A stretch of 64,000 nt of DNA, taken from contig CAWIPH010000002.1 of the NCBI GenBank assembly GCA_963837955.1, positions 4,608,001 through 4,672,000 on the forward strand, given 5' to 3'. Shown here one piece after another: positions 18,866 through 28,614 of this stretch. The notes under the pieces are model-generated. The model ran no database searches. It was not told the DNA's origin and saw only the letters and a program-made list of their open reading frames with translations. A program made the position numbers and the translations under genes. Positions within the stretch are counted from its first letter, which is position 1, and each line of letters opens with the position of its first letter. Origin of the DNA: an uncultured Verrucomicrobiae bacterium. GTDB lineage: Bacteria > Verrucomicrobiota > Verrucomicrobiia > Chthoniobacterales > JAFAMB01.

Positions 18866-21754
18866 TTAGAACTTCTTCTCAATCTCAACGTAGAAATAAC
18901 GCTGGAACGGAGTGGTGTGCGCGGTGTCAAAGCCGACAGTGGTGTTGGCGTCGGCGAACGGGGGGCGAGTATCAAAGATATTGTTAATGCCAAAGGTTAA
19001 CTTTGTGCCGCCTAACCATCTGCGCCAGCCCTCGTTGCAGCCCTCTGGTTTGGGAGCAATGGCTTTTTCTCCAACGAGGCGCTTGCCGTCTTTGTCATAA
19101 CCGGGTTTCGGTGTCTCCGGCACGATCTCGGCAAATTTTCCAACCTCATAACTGATCTGCCAGTCGAACGTCGTCCAACTCCCGATAACATGCGCGTTGG
19201 GTAAGCCAGTTGCGGCGACGAACTCTTGCAGAGTTAAGCCGAAGGCGCGGGGATCGTTTATATCATGTTCCGAGTCCAGGTAGTTTAGCGTCAGCCCGGT
19301 TCTGAAGGTGTCGCATCCAAAGACGGTTTTGGAGTAAAAGGCGCTCGCAACCATCCGGAAATCCGGACCGGTATAGATGCTGCCCCCCAGCGAGTCGGTA
19401 ACGTTGAAGACCTGTCCGCCCGGTTGGTCCTGCTCGCTGACATGATAGAGATACGAGGCATTGACCTCGAGGTCTAGCTTGCCCCAGCTAAACTCCTTGG
19501 TGACATAGCTCGCACCAAAATCGACCGCGTCCACGCGTTCCGCGCCGAGGTTCTGGAACGGGGTTAATACTGTGACGATGGCCCCGCCTGTGCCCCGAAT
19601 TACTAAATTCGGATTGGTGGCTTCGTTATTAACGATAAATTGAATGCTTGGCGGTTGGATCACGTTGCGGCGCGAAATTTCAATCCAATCAACATAAGCG
19701 GTAAAGCCATTGAGCCAGCCCCACCAGCTGTGTTCGGGATCGGCCGCACCGGGAGTCCAGACCGCGCCGGCATAATAACTGTAACCGGTTTCCGGATGGA
19801 GATGCGGGTTGCCAGACTGCAACTGTTGCACCTGATAGCTCGTGCCTAGTTTCGGATCGCTGATGAATTGAAAGCCGGTTATAGTGCCCGAAAAAAGTTC
19901 CGGAAGCGAAGGCGCCCGGAAGCTTTCTGAGTAGCTGGCTCGAAATGTCAGGTCGTCGAAGGGCTTGTAACGGATCGCGAATTTCGGTTTCGCGGCGGAA
20001 CCGAAGGTGCTGTAATCATCGTAGCGCTCTGAAATATCCAACTCCAAGGCGCGAGCGCCTGGCCAGGACCACTTCTCGCCCAAAAGGGGGATGATGATCT
20101 GACCGTAGACGCTTTTGACGTAATCTTTACCGGCTGCGTTCGATGACTGGCCGAACGAGGTAAGGTTGTGGGAGTTGTAGTTTGGGTCCAGCACCGAAAT
20201 ATAACTTTCCGACCGGTACTCGGCGCCACCGCCGACCGTAACTGGTCCAGAGCAAAGATAGAAAAGATCGCCTCCGCCGCGGATCGACCATTGTGTCAGG
20301 TCAGTCCGTGCCATTTGGTGAGGATTGTAACGTAGAGCGCTTATGAATTGGCTATTCGGATTAGCATTGGCGTCAATAAACGGGTTATAGAACTGTCCGA
20401 CAAAACCAGGCAGAGTTCCCGAAAGAGCCTGGTTGAGACGACTGTTCAGGGTAAAGTTGGAATTGTTTTGTTCAGCGTCGCTCTCGGCGTAAAGGAAGCT
20501 GGCGTCGACATACCAGTTTTGGGGGAGTTGGATCAAGCGCACGCCCGCTATATTGCGATAGGTGTCGATTTCTGCCACGTCTTTGCGTTGGCCCAATTGC
20601 AGCAATCGGCCACGCCACTGGAGAGGTTCACCGAAAGGATTGAAGGGATTGTTGGCCGGAACCGTTACGTTATCAGTTTCGGAAATAGGTAGGGCGGTAA
20701 AACTGCTATTCTCTTTGCTGTGTTCGTACAAAAACTCGTCATAGACTTGTACATATTTGAGCGGCTGGAACGTAATCTTGTCGTAGGTGGCAAACCGTTG
20801 TTCGCGGGGGATAATTTGCAAGCCCGGAATGGTCTGGTAGTGGTTCAGTCCTCCGTTGATCACGAAATTGGCCGGCGTAACCGTGGGCCCTAGAGTCCCT
20901 GGGATCAGTGCATAAGAGTTGCCGGTCGTGAGTCCGAAGAAATTGCCGGCTGGAGTTCGGGAAGATCTTAAATCCCTGAAGGTGGGGCCATACTTTGTTT
21001 CGTTGACGTTGTTGGCATACCAGCGGTCCGAAGCGTCGATCGGGGTGGTTTCATCGTAATCAAAGGTCGCTACAATACTAATCTTTGAATCGTCGCTCCA
21101 GAGTTTCTGGGATACCCCAGCGACTAACTGAACGTGGTTTTCTACATAGTCGTCTCGTTGGCTGATGCCAAAATGATAGCTAATGTCTGCCCCGTTATAT
21201 TCGTCTTTCAGAATAACATTGACCACCCCGGCGATCGCGTCCGATCCGTAGAGGGAACTCGCGCCATCCTTTAGGATTTCGATTCGATCGACTGCCGCCA
21301 GCGGGATAGTATTAAGATCGACAAACGGTTCGAAGCCGTTCTGCGGAAAAGGAAACAGAGTCTGTCGATAGCCGTCGATGAGAACAAGCGTCGTACCGAA
21401 GCCTAGGCCATAAAGGTTCACTTCGGAACCAGCTGGCGAGAAGCTAGCACCAGCGTTCACCAGCGGGGTGAATGCGCCAACGTTCTGCGGCAATTTTTGG
21501 AGTACATCGGAGACTGTCTGATCGCCCTGTTTCTGGATGAAGTCCTGGTTAAGCGTATGGACCGGTTGGGTACCATCACCGACACGAGGCGCTACATAAC
21601 CGGTCACCGTTATCTGCTGAAGTTCGCCTCCTCCTTGATTAGGAAGGGTACTGGGTGAAGTCGCTGGGGTTTGCGCAAATGCGCTGCTTCCCAGCGTAAT
21701 GGTCATCGCTAGTTCGGCGGCCAAGGCCAAACCAAAATGTTGCAATTTACTCAT
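18866..21754 (-). CDS. TonB-dependent receptor 3
   Basis: ELQQITVTG, VDRIEILKDGASSLYGSDAIAGVVNVILK, C-terminal EIEKKF. Confidence 0.93.
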   Translation of the reverse strand: MSKLQHFGLALAAELAMTITLGSSAFAQTPATSPSTLPNQGGGELQQITVTGYVAPRVGDGTQPVHTLNQDFIQKQGDQTVSDVLQKLPQNVGAFTPLVNAGASFSPAGSEVNLYGLGFGTTLVLIDGYRQTLFPFPQNGFEPFVDLNTIPLAAVDRIEILKDGASSLYGSDAIAGVVNVILKDEYNGADISYHFGISQRDDYVENHVQLVAGVSQKLWSDDSKISIVATFDYDETTPIDASDRWYANNVNETKYGPTFRDLRSSRTPAGNFFGLTTGNSYALIPGTLGPTVTPANFVINGGLNHYQTIPGLQIIPREQRFATYDKITFQPLKYVQVYDEFLYEHSKENSSFTALPISETDNVTVPANNPFNPFGEPLQWRGRLLQLGQRKDVAEIDTYRNIAGVRLIQLPQNWYVDASFLYAESDAEQNNSNFTLNSRLNQALSGTLPGFVGQFYNPFIDANANPNSQFISALRYNPHQMARTDLTQWSIRGGGDLFYLCSGPVTVGGGAEYRSESYISVLDPNYNSHNLTSFGQSSNAAGKDYVKSVYGQIIIPLLGEKWSWPGARALELDISERYDDYSTFGSAAKPKFAIRYKPFDDLTFRASYSESFRAPSLPELFSGTITGFQFISDPKLGTSYQVQQLQSGNPHLHPETGYSYYAGAVWTPGAADPEHSWWGWLNGFTAYVDWIEISRRNVIQPPSIQFIVNNEATNPNLVIRGTGGAIVTVLTPFQNLGAERVDAVDFGASYVTKEFSWGKLDLEVNASYLYHVSEQDQPGGQVFNVTDSLGGSIYTGPDFRMVASAFYSKTVFGCDTFRTGLTLNYLDSEHDINDPRAFGLTLQEFVAATGLPNAHVIGSWTTFDWQISYEVGKFAEIVPETPKPGYDKDGKRLVGEKAIAPKPEGCNEGWRRWLGGTKLTFGINNIFDTRPPFADANTTVGFDTAHTTPFQRYFYVEIEKKF

Positions 21755-21966
21755 TTCTCCTCGGTTTCTATTCTTCGGTATCGGATTCTCTCTTCCGATC
21801 CATTCTTTAAGAAAGTGCTGCGCGGTTTGGTTAAGGTGACGCCGGAAAACCGAGCGTCGTCCTTGCCTAACGCCTTCAGGCTAATCGACGTTATCGTAAA
21901 AAAATCGGCACTTGGTCAAGAATAAGTCTTAAAGTTTATTGGACAATTCGAGTAGTCGGATGTCGC
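21755..21966 (-). promoter_or_regulatory. Conserved upstream block (copy before TBDR3), including a sigma54-like GG-N10-GC at 21853-21869
   Basis: ggttaaggt, gccggaaaac, aacgccttcaggct, aaaatcggcacttggtcaagaa; minus strand reads TAGGCAAGGACGACGCT. Confidence 0.55.
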
Positions 21967-22412
21967 GTTCGTTTCTTGGAAATCGGCGGGCTGTGCCGAG
22001 AGTTGTCTTCGGGTGATTTCGCGCCGTTGGGAGTAAATACAGCCCCGAAAACCGTTGCTTCTTTCCTCGGAAGGGCCCCGAGGCCCCTGTCCGGAGTTGG
22101 TTATTTTTTGGCACGGCGGTGCTTCATGTGGTCGTTACCTTTGAGTCCATGATTTTTGATTTGGTTGTTTGCCGGTCCGGCAGATGATCAGGTCATCCGT
22201 CAATCGACTCGACGAATGAGCCGGCTCATTTCGGACAGGATAGGAGAAATTTTTCTGCGAAGTCTGAAGGTTTTTTGAACGATTCGGGCAGTCAGATGCC
22301 ACGTTACTTTTGGTAATCGGGGGACTGCGCCGAGCGTTATCTTCGAGCGATTTCGCGCCGATGGGAGTAAATAGAGGCCGAAAACCGTTGCTTCTTCCGC
22401 CGGAAAGACCCG
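21936..22412. repeat. Imperfect ~145-bp direct repeat (21936-22080 vs 22271-22412)
   Basis: gatttcgcgccg[t/a]tgggagtaaata...ccgaaaaccgttgcttctt and its flanks align between the two segments. Confidence 0.75.
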
Positions 22413-22597
22413 GCGTTTTCCGGAGTGTTTCCTTAAGCCGGAAAGAGCAATTTATTGAATAGCAAGAACCAATGCGGCGGCGTGAAGAAGCACCTCTCTA
22501 GCGCTGGTGCGTCACGGATAAGGCTATTGCTGGAAAACGGCCCGGCGCAGTTGGCGGCCTTTCCCGGCTCTTCGGACTTTCAGCGTAAGCTGAAAAG

Positions 22598-25492
22598 CTA
22601 GAACTTTTTCTCTACCTCCACGTAGAAGAATCGCTGGACCGGGCTCGCATTGGACGTGTCGTAACCTTGATACCAGTCAGACGAAAAGGGTGGAGGAGAG
22701 TCGAAGACGTTATTGATACCGAAGGTGAACGTGGTGTTAGCGAGCAGCGTTCGCCAGCCCCAGGAGGAACCTTCCGGTTTCGGCGCTATCGCTTTTTCGC
22801 CAACTACTCTCTTACCCTCCTTATCATACCCAGGCTTGGGCGTTTCTGGAGTAACCGCCGCCGGCGCACCAAATTGATACGAGATCTGCCAGTCGAACGT
22901 CGTCCAGCTGCCGATGAGATGAACATAATTTGTACCGGGAACATCGGAGCTGAAGTTCGCGACTGTACCTTTGAAGTTGTCATTGGAATCATGTTGCGAG
23001 TCGACATAGTGGAGAGTCACACCCGCACGGAACGTATCGACTCCAAACAACGTTTTTGAATAGAAAAAGCTGGCCAACGCCTTGAAATCAGGAGTCCCGA
23101 AGGAGTCCGTCTCATCCCACAATGTGAAATGCGGTGTACCGTCAGCATTGGCGCCGACGAACTGTTTGAAAGTGAAACTATAGATATAGTTCGCGTTGAA
23201 CTCCAGGTCGAGCTTGCCCCACGGGTATTCCTTCGTCACGTAAGTAAACCCGAATTCAATGCCGTCAGTCAAACGCCCGCCGATGTTTTCGTACGTGCTG
23301 TTGACGCGGGTAATCGTTCCGGCAGGATTTCGAATCACTGCGCCAGGAAAACTGGCTTCCAGATTAACCACGTCCTGAGCTGTAAGGTTCCCAATGATAT
23401 TGCGTTGGGTAATTTCGTACCAATCCATATAGGCCGAAAAGCCGTTCGCCCAGCCCCACCAACTATGATCTGGATCGGTCGAACCGGGATTCCAGACGGC
23501 ACCGACATAATAACTATAGGCCGTTTCGGGCTTCAGGTTTGGGTTCCCGCTCACAAAATTCACGATCGGGACACCAGTTTGGCCCGTCTTAGGGTCATTG
23601 ACGCTAGTCTCTCCCGGAATAGGAGTGCCGAAAAGGTCGGCCAGCGAAGGGGCAGAGAAACCCTCGGAATAGGTTGCTCGAAAGGTCAAATCAATAAATG
23701 GCTTGTAGCGGACCGCGAACTTGGGCTTGGCCGCGCTGCCGAAATCGGAATATTGATCGTAGCGTTCCGAAATTGCCACATCGAGATTTCTTAAGCCTGG
23801 CCAGGACCATTTTTGGCCAAGGATCGGGATATCGATTTCTCCGAACGCGCTATAGATATAACGGCGCCCGCTCGGTTGCTTGCCGGGGCTTTGGAAATCG
23901 GCGCCGTTATTAATCTCTTCGGTATGGTCATTAGACTGAACCATCTCTTCACTCCGATATTCGAGGCCGCCTCCCACAGTGAGGGGACCGCTGCACAAAT
24001 CGACCACCGTACCACCTCCATGGATGTTCCAGTTCAGAATATCGGTTCGGTTATCCAATGAGTAATTCGTGCGCAGGGCGTCGTAAAAAGCTCGGTTAGG
24101 GTTACCGGCGACGGATTCATCCACGAACGGATTAAAGAACTGGCCCACGTGTCCCGGGAGCGTGCCGTTGAGCGCGGCTTGCAGAGTGCTGGTGGTAAAA
24201 TTGTTATTAATAATCTGGCTCCCATCGCTTTCGCCATACATGAAGCTGGCGTCGATGACCCAGCCGTGGGGAAGCTGCAGCATCGCACCTGTCACATTTC
24301 GAACCGTGCGGATAATCGAATCGGTACGAAACGGCCCAAACTCCGGCAGGCTTTGGTTGAACCCGCCCGTGGTAAGCGGTATGCCAAAAGGGTTAAACGG
24401 ATTGTTAGCGGGAATCGTCAAATTGACATATATCCCTTGGTTCTGGAACGAGCTCAGTTCCTCGTTACGCTGAACAATGAGGTAATCGTAAAACTTTAGA
24501 TAATCCGTCACATCGAAGTTGACCTTAACCATGCCGCCGTATTTGGATTCACGCGGGACAAGCTGTTGATATAATAGGTTAAAATCGCTGTTGGAACCGC
24601 CGTTTATGATGAAATCGGACGCGGTAGCAATACCTCTGGTACCCGGTAGGAGCGTATATTGGTTGCCGGCCGCATCAAAAAAGGAACCGGCATTAGGGAC
24701 AACATTTGGTGCATCCGGATAGTTTGGGCTAAGGCGACTATGCTGAAGGTTAGCAAAGCTGCGATCCTCCGACATAATCGGACTCGATTCATAGTAATCG
24801 AAGGCTACTACGATGCTCAGTTTGGAGGTATCGCTAAACTTCTTCGAGACTCCCGCGACTAGCGAACCGTGATAGGTCTCGCTATCGCCTCTTTGGCTGA
24901 TGCCGTAGTAGTTGGTAATATCGGCTCCGTTATACTCGTTTTTCAGAATCACGTTGATAACGCCCGCGATAGCGTCTGTTCCATAGGTTGCGCTACCGCC
25001 ATCGTCGAGGATTTCAATTCGATCGACGGCCGCGAGCGGGATCGAGTTGAGATCGACGAAGCTGGTAACGCTGCTGGTAGAGACTTGATTGAATGGAAAA
25101 GCCGGCATGCGGAGGCCATCGACCAGAACCAACGTGTCGTTGGGCGGCAACCCTTTCAGGCTGACCGACGCCGAGGCGGGAGAAAAGCTGAACCCGGTGG
25201 TGGTATTGGGCGCGAAATTACCGACCGCCGAGGGCAAATTCTGGAGAACATCCGTGACAGTCTGGTTGCCGCTCTTTGCGATATAGTCCCGATCCAGCGT
25301 CACCACGGGCTGCGGACCATCACCGACTCGGGGTATGATGTAACCAGTCACGGTAATCTGTTGTAGCGGACCGCCTTGATCGGTTGAATCCGGCGAGGGG
25401 CTGGGCACCTGAGCGCGAATACCTGCCGCAAAGGTAAGCACTAACAATAGTTTAGCGGTAAGCGCCAAACGAAAAAGTTTGGTTTTGTTCAT
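22598..25492 (-). CDS. TonB-dependent receptor 4
   Basis: PLQQITVTG, VDRIEILDDGGSATYGTDAIAGVINVILK, C-terminal EVEKKF. Confidence 0.93.
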   Translation of the reverse strand: MNKTKLFRLALTAKLLLVLTFAAGIRAQVPSPSPDSTDQGGPLQQITVTGYIIPRVGDGPQPVVTLDRDYIAKSGNQTVTDVLQNLPSAVGNFAPNTTTGFSFSPASASVSLKGLPPNDTLVLVDGLRMPAFPFNQVSTSSVTSFVDLNSIPLAAVDRIEILDDGGSATYGTDAIAGVINVILKNEYNGADITNYYGISQRGDSETYHGSLVAGVSKKFSDTSKLSIVVAFDYYESSPIMSEDRSFANLQHSRLSPNYPDAPNVVPNAGSFFDAAGNQYTLLPGTRGIATASDFIINGGSNSDFNLLYQQLVPRESKYGGMVKVNFDVTDYLKFYDYLIVQRNEELSSFQNQGIYVNLTIPANNPFNPFGIPLTTGGFNQSLPEFGPFRTDSIIRTVRNVTGAMLQLPHGWVIDASFMYGESDGSQIINNNFTTSTLQAALNGTLPGHVGQFFNPFVDESVAGNPNRAFYDALRTNYSLDNRTDILNWNIHGGGTVVDLCSGPLTVGGGLEYRSEEMVQSNDHTEEINNGADFQSPGKQPSGRRYIYSAFGEIDIPILGQKWSWPGLRNLDVAISERYDQYSDFGSAAKPKFAVRYKPFIDLTFRATYSEGFSAPSLADLFGTPIPGETSVNDPKTGQTGVPIVNFVSGNPNLKPETAYSYYVGAVWNPGSTDPDHSWWGWANGFSAYMDWYEITQRNIIGNLTAQDVVNLEASFPGAVIRNPAGTITRVNSTYENIGGRLTDGIEFGFTYVTKEYPWGKLDLEFNANYIYSFTFKQFVGANADGTPHFTLWDETDSFGTPDFKALASFFYSKTLFGVDTFRAGVTLHYVDSQHDSNDNFKGTVANFSSDVPGTNYVHLIGSWTTFDWQISYQFGAPAAVTPETPKPGYDKEGKRVVGEKAIAPKPEGSSWGWRTLLANTTFTFGINNVFDSPPPFSSDWYQGYDTSNASPVQRFFYVEVEKKF

Positions 25493-25582
25493 CTTGCTCC
25501 TTGGGTTTCAAGCGCAGTTAACTGCACCGAATAGTTAGACTTGCCTCGCCGCCGGTTAAGGACCGAGGTCGGCACGGAAACT

Positions 25583-25599
25583 AGCATGACTTATGCCAA
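25583..25599 (-). promoter_or_regulatory. Putative sigma54 (-24/-12) promoter of TBDR4
   Basis: Minus strand TTGGCATAAGTCATGCT = TGGCA...TGC with GG-N10-GC spacing, about 90 bp upstream of the ATG. Confidence 0.55.
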
Positions 25600-25926
25600 A
25601 CTTGTTAAGAGGTAAACTCACGCCGTTTTTTGGCAGTTGCTCGGAGGTCCTGTCAGAAATTCGCCGCACGATCAGGAAGATCCGTGAAACTTTTTGAGCA
25701 TCTCTGGTGTTTCTGCGCAGGCATTGAGTTAGGGAGCGCGTCGAGCCCGCAGCGCACTCGGAGCGTCTGCAGTTAAGTTTGACCGGTAAAGGATCCGGAC
25801 TACCTGTCGGAGGCGGAAGAAGACGGTTTCCTGGCTACTTCCCTCCCCCGAGTTTATTGATACCCGCCGGTCGGCTCTACGCGGCTGTCAGAGTATTGGC
25901 TCTCCTGTCGGAGATTCTCTGACGAA

Positions 25927-27351
25927 TCAATCTCGCGAGTTGTGCCGAAAATCTGTGCCGACTTCCGGCTCGCGACGTCGCGCGGTTGCTAAACTATTTG
26001 GTTGGGTTAGCGACGTTTGCTGGCCAGTGATAGCTGGCGCGTCGTTTTTGCTGAGGGCCACCGTTCGTACTCGCCTCTCCGCCATAACCGCGTGCAGAAA
26101 TATGGCCGCAAAAAAGAGCTCAAAAGGCTGGGTGGCGGCGTAAGGAATTCGCGGAGTGGTGTTCACCGGCTGCGTCCAAGCGAGCGGCAACATTTGCAAG
26201 AGGTAGAACAGCAACAGCCAGAAGTAAGGCGTCCGTCTTTGCCGCCAAGCGATCCAAATTCCCGCCAAAGCTGCGAGGTAAAGCACAGGCAGACGCTCTC
26301 GATCCATCGGTATGATAAAAAAGACTTTCCAGCACCCCAGCAAAAATCGCTGGCAAGCGTCGAGCAGCGAATGAGAAGCAAAATAGTCACTGGCAGTCAG
26401 CAGGCGAGGGCTATCCATCGATTCGAGATAACTATTACCCCAAAGAAAGTTTTGAATCGCTCCGTGATAAAACGGGTTCCCGAAATAATACAAATGCGAG
26501 AACCAACTCGGCGCGGTGATGACAACCAGAACGAGCGCGGCGAGCGCGCAGTGCCACCAAGTGACGGAATACTGCGTGTCCGACTTCGCCCTGTCGTCTG
26601 AAACTCCGGAAGCTTCGTCAGACAAGTCGGCCCCGCGGCCGCGGGGGCGTGTCGGCGTGACGGCGTGTCGGCGTAGCTTCCGGATCGACGGGCGCTCGGA
26701 TCCGAAGAAATACTGACCGAATTCGAAACAGGTAATGGCTGCCAGTGCGGAGAATGACAGAAACAGTCCGTTTACCCGGTCGAGATAATCGAGACCAAGA
26801 CTCAGAGCAAGCAGCGAAAGATAAACCCAACGGCGGACCCCTACGTAACCGAGAAAACAGGCTATGATACAAACCAGCAAAAGGAGATGGAGCGGCTCAC
26901 TGTTTAGTCCACGCACGGATTGGTCGTAAACGAACGGGTTCAGGACGAAGAGCGTTGCGATGATAGCAGCGGAGGCCGATTCGAACAAAAGGCCGCGGAG
27001 AATCAGAAAGAGACTGATCGCGGTGACAATGGTCACACCCACGTTGACCAACCTGATCGCGAACAGATTGTCGTTGGTCGTTTTCATCACACCGGCAACG
27101 AGCAAGGAAAAGAGCGGCTGGCGATAGGGCCAGCCTTTCTCGTAGGACATCGAAAAATCGCCCGACGCGAATGCCTGGGCGATTACGTAATAATGCATCG
27201 CGTCCTTGGTGAAATAGGTCTGCCAATTGGAGTCCTGCTTCAGGTCGCGATCGATCTCCCGGATCGACGCCAACAGGTAAAGGGCGGTCGCCAAAGCGAG
27301 GATGCAAATGCCGACCCGCCCAGCTAGTGATTGTGGATTCGCGCTAGACAT
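25927..27351 (-). CDS. GT-C fold membrane glycosyltransferase (ArnT/PMT_2, GT39/GT83-like)
   Basis: Polytopic; KDAMHYYVIA and YRQPLFSLL loop motifs, NSEPL, DRVNG. Start ATG 27351 assumed. Confidence 0.7.
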   Translation of the reverse strand: MSSANPQSLAGRVGICILALATALYLLASIREIDRDLKQDSNWQTYFTKDAMHYYVIAQAFASGDFSMSYEKGWPYRQPLFSLLVAGVMKTTNDNLFAIRLVNVGVTIVTAISLFLILRGLLFESASAAIIATLFVLNPFVYDQSVRGLNSEPLHLLLLVCIIACFLGYVGVRRWVYLSLLALSLGLDYLDRVNGLFLSFSALAAITCFEFGQYFFGSERPSIRKLRRHAVTPTRPRGRGADLSDEASGVSDDRAKSDTQYSVTWWHCALAALVLVVITAPSWFSHLYYFGNPFYHGAIQNFLWGNSYLESMDSPRLLTASDYFASHSLLDACQRFLLGCWKVFFIIPMDRERLPVLYLAALAGIWIAWRQRRTPYFWLLLFYLLQMLPLAWTQPVNTTPRIPYAATQPFELFFAAIFLHAVMAERRVRTVALSKNDAPAITGQQTSLTQPNSLATARRREPEVGTDFRHNSRD

Positions 27352-27681
27352 CAGCAGTGCGCCATTATCACCGAGACAGAAGTTGCGCCAGAGCAAATTG
27401 TCGAGAGAACAGAGCGGGGGCGTAGCTCTACAGAGTGATTGGTGAGAAGTGAGAGGTGATTAGCGAGAGGCAAATCGGCGCCCGTTTCGGAAAATGAAAA
27501 TAGCCGCAAAGAACACAAAGACTCGCAAAAGAGATCACAAGAAGGGTGCAACGCCCTCTGTTCGCTCCGTTTCCTCCTGTTCAACTGTCTTTCAAACGAA
27601 GCTGGTGCTGAATCTTTGTGATCTTCGCGATCTTCTTGTGAAAAATAATAAGAAAATCTCCGTTATCCGATCCAGCTGACC

Positions 27682-28497
27682 CTAAGGGGATGGAGACGTG
27701 CTCGGCGCAACGAGATCTCCGACCACTTCATGCTTTGCAATCCGCACGTCGATAATGTTCGGAGTTAAAGGCGGGATCTTTGCTCCAGTCAGCAGGGCCT
27801 GATCGGGCAGAATGCGGAGACCTTTACTCCAGGGAGTCGCGGGCGTGGGGGGCGGTGAAGGATCTTTCCCTAGTGCGACGACTCCGCCGGTCAACGTCAC
27901 ATTTTGCGACGTGACAATCTTCGCTGGATCCGATCGCCCGGAGATGATCACCGCGTGAATACCTGTCGCCGCGGACCTACCTGGTCCACCTCCTCCACTG
28001 CCGGCAGTTCCCCCGGGACTGTCGCCACCGGATACGAGGGATTGGCCTGCAGCGGAACTCCATTCCTGAGAAGGGAATCCCGCCAGAGATTCCAAAGGTC
28101 TGCTGTACCAAACCTGCTCTTCGATGATCAGGTTCTGATTTGAAGGATTCGAGAATTGGAAACTGCCTGTGGCAATGCGAAATGGCACCCCGGGACTAAG
28201 ATCGCCGCCGAAGGCTCCCGGCAATGGTGTGACGGAATATTTGTAAAGTAAATTACTGTTTGAATCCCAGATTACGATGCCGACGAAGCCTTCTTCAGTT
28301 GGTCCTGCCCCTGGCTTGTGTATGCCGGTATATTCATCGTAAAGCTGATAACTTATGGTTGTTGGGCCGGCCTTACTGAAAATGGGAATGGATGGGTTTT
28401 TGTAACCCGTGAAGCTTATCGGCGCGCCGGCTTCAGCGCGAAAAATGGTTGCCGCCACAAAGATGAGCGAAAGAAGGAGCCTGGTTGCAACAATCAT
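27682..28497 (-). CDS. Secreted hypothetical protein
   Basis: Signal peptide ending AEA, a beta-rich N-domain, a Gly-rich linker (GGDSPGGTAGSGGGG) and a Pro-rich C-terminal part; no family recognised. Confidence 0.65.
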   Translation of the reverse strand: MIVATRLLLSLIFVAATIFRAEAGAPISFTGYKNPSIPIFSKAGPTTISYQLYDEYTGIHKPGAGPTEEGFVGIVIWDSNSNLLYKYSVTPLPGAFGGDLSPGVPFRIATGSFQFSNPSNQNLIIEEQVWYSRPLESLAGFPSQEWSSAAGQSLVSGGDSPGGTAGSGGGGPGRSAATGIHAVIISGRSDPAKIVTSQNVTLTGGVVALGKDPSPPPTPATPWSKGLRILPDQALLTGAKIPPLTPNIIDVRIAKHEVVGDLVAPSTSPSP

Positions 28498-28554
28498 ATG
28501 CGTTTTATTTGGCTATATCTTACGTCTTTAAAGCTTGTTGTAATTAGAAATCGA

Positions 28555-28590
28555 GAAAGAAGGAAGGGAGCCTTTCGACTCCCTCTCTTC
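28555..28590 (-). terminator. Possible terminator hairpin after TBDR5
   Basis: agggag/ctccct stem with a pyrimidine-rich tail on the minus strand. Confidence 0.45.
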
Positions 28591-28614
28591 ACTCGATACA
28601 ATCGCTAACTTAGA

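Noticed and set aside
27420..27670. Possible ncRNA in the purine/pyrimidine-skewed intergenic stretch
   Set aside because: It looks like short low-complexity inverted repeats (caaagaacacaaag / ctttgtgatcttcg), with no RNA family features recognised.
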